Source: Pseudomonadota bacterium (lineage in GTDB: Bacteria; Bdellovibrionota; FAC87; UBA2466). From it: DNA of 19,924 nt. Below the pieces are notes generated by a model. That model did not search any database and had not been told where the DNA came from. It saw nothing but the letters and a program-made list of their open reading frames with translations. Shown piece after piece: positions 17,182 through 19,924 of this stretch. Position numbers and translations under genes: made by a program. Where the stretch lies: assembly GCA_043767805.1 (NCBI GenBank), contig JAYUGC010000199.1, positions 1 through 19,924 on the forward strand, read 5' to 3'. Numbering within the stretch: the first letter of the stretch is position 1; each line of letters opens with the position of its first letter.

Positions 17182-17296
17182 CTCATAAAACTAACTGGTT
17201 TAGCATTGGAGGTCATCGAAACTTAAAGAGAAAATGACTTTCTTCTCAGTGAGCCTTTTGGACAGCCGTCTTCGCTTCTTAGGCAAAGAGGCAACT

Positions 17297-18178
17297 ATGA
17301 GACCTGATGCGGTGCTGATCTTGGTAACGGGTTTGTTTTTCCTAGCCGCGTCGGCGGACGCGAGCCGGCCGAAGAAAGTGAGGGGGAGAAAGATCGCCTC
17401 CATTGAAAGAAGCTGGGACGGTGGGCGGGTTACGGAAGGGTTACGTAGAACCGAGAAGGATACGACGCTTAGGATCGGGGTTTCCTCCGGCTACGCGAGT
17501 AACAGCACGAACGTGGCTAATACGCAGGCGTCGCGGCAGAAAAATGAGCAAACCCAAAGCGCGTCGTTCGGCCTGAATGCTCGGCTCAACTTTCTTAACT
17601 ATGGCTACGCCGATTTGGACGGGTACTACGCGGGCGGACTTTCGTTCAAGACCGTGAATGCTTTCGACCGAGTCAGCGGAACCACCGAAACCAGCGCGCA
17701 GCGTCGTCAGAGTTACGGTGCATTGGGAGAGGTGGGAGCCTGGGTACCGTTCCGAAAAGGGAATGTGCGTTGGACGCCTACGGTCGCTGCGGGATTTGGG
17801 TACATGACGACGCGCGATCAGAAGCAATCTCTTACCGACACAGAAAGCTCCGAGCGCACCGCGGTCGGTCCTTATGTCTCCGCCGGACTTGGCGTGGAGC
17901 TAGGCTCTCGTTTTGCTCTTTCCGGTGACGCGGCGATTTCGGTGTTCGCGAAAGGAACGGTAGATTCCGGCGGGGCTCCTACTATACTTAATGGGAACGA
18001 TTCGGTTTCAGCGCAATTCATGCGCGTGCGGTTGGGGGCTTACTACCAAAATTCCGCGCCCGTGACGGTAGGAGTGCAATACTTTCGGCGGCGTCTTTCC
18101 ACGCAGACCCCGGGCGAAAGGATTTCCTATACAGAGACCACAAACCAGTTCCTTGGTTCGTTGCAGTTTAATTTCTAA
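17297..18178 (+). CDS. Putative outer-membrane beta-barrel protein
   Basis: ATG at 17297 with GAGG upstream gives a signal peptide. Amphipathic strands. C-terminal LQFNF is a BAM-type terminal Phe motif. Confidence 0.75.
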   Translation: MRPDAVLILVTGLFFLAASADASRPKKVRGRKIASIERSWDGGRVTEGLRRTEKDTTLRIGVSSGYASNSTNVANTQASRQKNEQTQSASFGLNARLNFLNYGYADLDGYYAGGLSFKTVNAFDRVSGTTETSAQRRQSYGALGEVGAWVPFRKGNVRWTPTVAAGFGYMTTRDQKQSLTDTESSERTAVGPYVSAGLGVELGSRFALSGDAAISVFAKGTVDSGGAPTILNGNDSVSAQFMRVRLGAYYQNSAPVTVGVQYFRRRLSTQTPGERISYTETTNQFLGSLQFNF

Positions 18179-18204
18179 TAACAATCGAGAATCGGAGGCT
18201 GAAG

Positions 18205-19011
18205 ATGAAGCGTTTTAAACAAAAATGGATCCTGCCCCTCTTAGGAGTGGCGGTTGGCTTGGCGGCGACGGCCGGCGTCGCGTTGATGGCGAGCGATCAT
18301 GACGACGGCGAGCTGGATCTCAAAGGCCGCGCGCTCAATATCACTGACATGTACATCTTCCGGGAAGATTGGCACACGACCAACGCCGCCGATAACGGCA
18401 ATCTCATCGCGATCATGAATGTGAATCCGCGGGCGTTGCCCGGCTTCAGTTACTACTTTAGTACGCAGGCTCGTTACGAAATGCATTTTTCGCGGGTAGC
18501 CGCGAAAGCGGACACGCCCACGGGCGCGGACGATGTTACCCTGCGCTTCGAGTTCGGCGCCGCGGATGCCACCACGGGAGTCCAAGCCATGACGATGACC
18601 ACCATCGTCGACGGTGTTGCCACTGCGTCGACGACGACGGCTGGCGGTACCGCCATTAATACGACCGGGTACGTAAACTCCAAGACGAATACGTCGGGCT
18701 CTCGCACGGAAAACTCCGTCACGGTCGGTGGCGGGACCTTCTCCGTCTTCGCAGGCCTGCGGGAAGATCCCTTCTTCTTCGACGTAGAGCGCTACTTTCA
18801 AGTGCGCGCTTACCTGGCGGGAATCGATACGGCGCTCACTCCGGCGACCATTCAAAGCGGAGCCAACGTGTTTCGCAGTGACGCTACGGCCATCGATTTC
18901 ACGAAGGGCTATAACGTAAGCACCATCGTGGTGCGAGTTCCGAAGACCTTCCTGCAAAAAAATAGTGAAACGGTGTTTGATTTTTGGGGAACGATCTCGG
19001 TTCCCAACTGA
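18205..19011 (+). CDS. DUF4331 family protein (N-terminal-half type), secreted
   Basis: Signal peptide then ASDHDDG. Motifs ITDMYIF, FAGLREDPFFFD and DF..GYNV.TIVVRVP. GGAGG Shine-Dalgarno. Confidence 0.85.
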   Translation: MKRFKQKWILPLLGVAVGLAATAGVALMASDHDDGELDLKGRALNITDMYIFREDWHTTNAADNGNLIAIMNVNPRALPGFSYYFSTQARYEMHFSRVAAKADTPTGADDVTLRFEFGAADATTGVQAMTMTTIVDGVATASTTTAGGTAINTTGYVNSKTNTSGSRTENSVTVGGGTFSVFAGLREDPFFFDVERYFQVRAYLAGIDTALTPATIQSGANVFRSDATAIDFTKGYNVSTIVVRVPKTFLQKNSETVFDFWGTISVPN

Positions 19012-19040
19012 GGACCTTTTTACAATAAGGAGCAGAAATT

Positions 19041-19736
19041 ATGAAATCTAAATTCTTACTCGGTCTCTCGGCGGCAATAAGTCTGATGTGGCTTTCTAGC
19101 TGCGGAAGCAGTTCGGACGCGGTCTTGGAATATCGGCAGATCGAAAGATTGGGCCGGCCAGGCGTGAACGAGGCTTTCGTACTAACGAGCGCTCATCACG
19201 CGGCTTTTAATAGCATCGCGCCTACGCTCGATCTCAGCGCGGATGATGCCGTGGCAGCGGTGCGGGCGGATGTAGTGGCAGTGCTCGGAGCCATCAAAGC
19301 CTACGCCACGACCAACGCTATCATGACGGCGTCCACGGTAAATAATACGGCGGGAGGCTTCTTGCCGGACGTCATTCGCATCAACACGGCGAATAGCTTC
19401 ACGCCCACCAGCGTGTCGAGCTCGGCGACCAATACGTTCCCAGGCGCCTATGCCAGTGACTTCGCGGGCACGGCACCTACGAACCCCGATGTGGATCGTG
19501 CCGATCCGCTTCGTCTGACGGGTGGCCGCATGATCACCGACGACGTGATCGACGTCACCTACACGTACCTCATTGCGGGTCTGGCGCTTCAAATCGTGGA
19601 CGGGGTTTCCTACTGCGGCGCGAGCGGTAACCCAGCGCAAGGGCATCACGCTATGACGGGTTGGTCCTCTCAGGCCTACCCGTGCACGAACGTGCGCCAA
19701 GCGGCGGCGTTTCCGTTCTTAGCGCCTCCGAACTGA
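19041..19736 (+). CDS. DUF4331 family lipoprotein (C-terminal-half type)
   Basis: Lipobox LSSC. Motifs QIERLGRPGVNE, LPDVIRI, GGRMITDDVID and terminal FPFLAPP. AAGGAG Shine-Dalgarno. Confidence 0.85.
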   Translation: MKSKFLLGLSAAISLMWLSSCGSSSDAVLEYRQIERLGRPGVNEAFVLTSAHHAAFNSIAPTLDLSADDAVAAVRADVVAVLGAIKAYATTNAIMTASTVNNTAGGFLPDVIRINTANSFTPTSVSSSATNTFPGAYASDFAGTAPTNPDVDRADPLRLTGGRMITDDVIDVTYTYLIAGLALQIVDGVSYCGASGNPAQGHHAMTGWSSQAYPCTNVRQAAAFPFLAPPN

Positions 19737-19755
19737 TCCTATTAAGTGTCACTCC

Positions 19756-19789
19756 AAAAGGGGTCGGCCGAAAGGCTGGCCCCTTTTTT
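19756..19789 (+). terminator. Rho-independent terminator
   Basis: AAAAGGGGTCGGCC-GAAA-GGCTGGCCCC-TTTTTT, about 20 nt after the lipoprotein stop codon. Confidence 0.92.
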
Positions 19790-19792
19790 ATG

Positions 19793-19924
19793 GTGCGCCC
19801 GGCAGGGCGCAGCCACTTGAGAGTGGAAGTCCCGCCGAGAGGAGATCATCCTGATCGAAGGGAGCCGCAACTGCGCGAGGGTGACCGAGCGTGGGAAGGA
19901 AGCGGGAAACGAAACCGTGGGCCG
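19793..19924 (+). mobile_element. 5' end (domain I) of a group II intron, class IIC, truncated by the window end
   Basis: Begins GTGCGCCCGGCAGGGCGC (GUGYG 5' boundary with the IIC-type CCCGGCA continuation), followed by GAGAGTGGAAGTCCC and a purine-rich domain I-like sequence. Lies 3 nt after the U-tract of an intrinsic terminator, the known IIC target. Confidence 0.85.

Noticed and set aside
17234..17296. Upstream ATG start for barrel B
   Set aside because: ATG at 17297 has an SD-like GAGG and places the signal peptide at the N-terminus. The extension is more likely promoter sequence.

Overview
GC-rich bacterial chromosomal window. The style of its secreted proteins suggests a Bdellovibrionota/Oligoflexia-like deltaproteobacterium, which is an inference only. 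Contents in order: (1) the 3' part of a hypothetical gene; (2) a class-III PLP aminotransferase translationally coupled to a signal-peptide 2H phosphoesterase (- strand); (3) a divergent coupled operon of a DUF1611/DgcN-like protein, an Ala-Glu epimerase/DgcA-like enolase-superfamily enzyme and an N-acyl-D-amino-acid deacylase; (4) a CDP-alcohol phosphatidyltransferase, a Gfo/Idh/MocA oxidoreductase, an SrkA/RdoA kinase and a Cys-rich secreted protein (- strand); (5) a ~150-nt intergenic inverted-repeat element built from 7-mers; (6) a YgiQ radical SAM gene; (7) an operon of a repeat-containing secreted protein, a degenerate CheX-like protein and a CheY-like regulator; (8) a divergent envelope module with HupE/UreJ, two paralogous beta-barrel proteins and a split DUF4331 pair; (9) an intrinsic terminator followed immediately by the 5' end of a class IIC group II intron that runs off the window. 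The most notable candidates are the HupE/barrel/DUF4331 module, a possible amino-cyclitol lipid pathway interrupted by the D-amino-acid operon, the heptamer hairpin element and the IIC intron.
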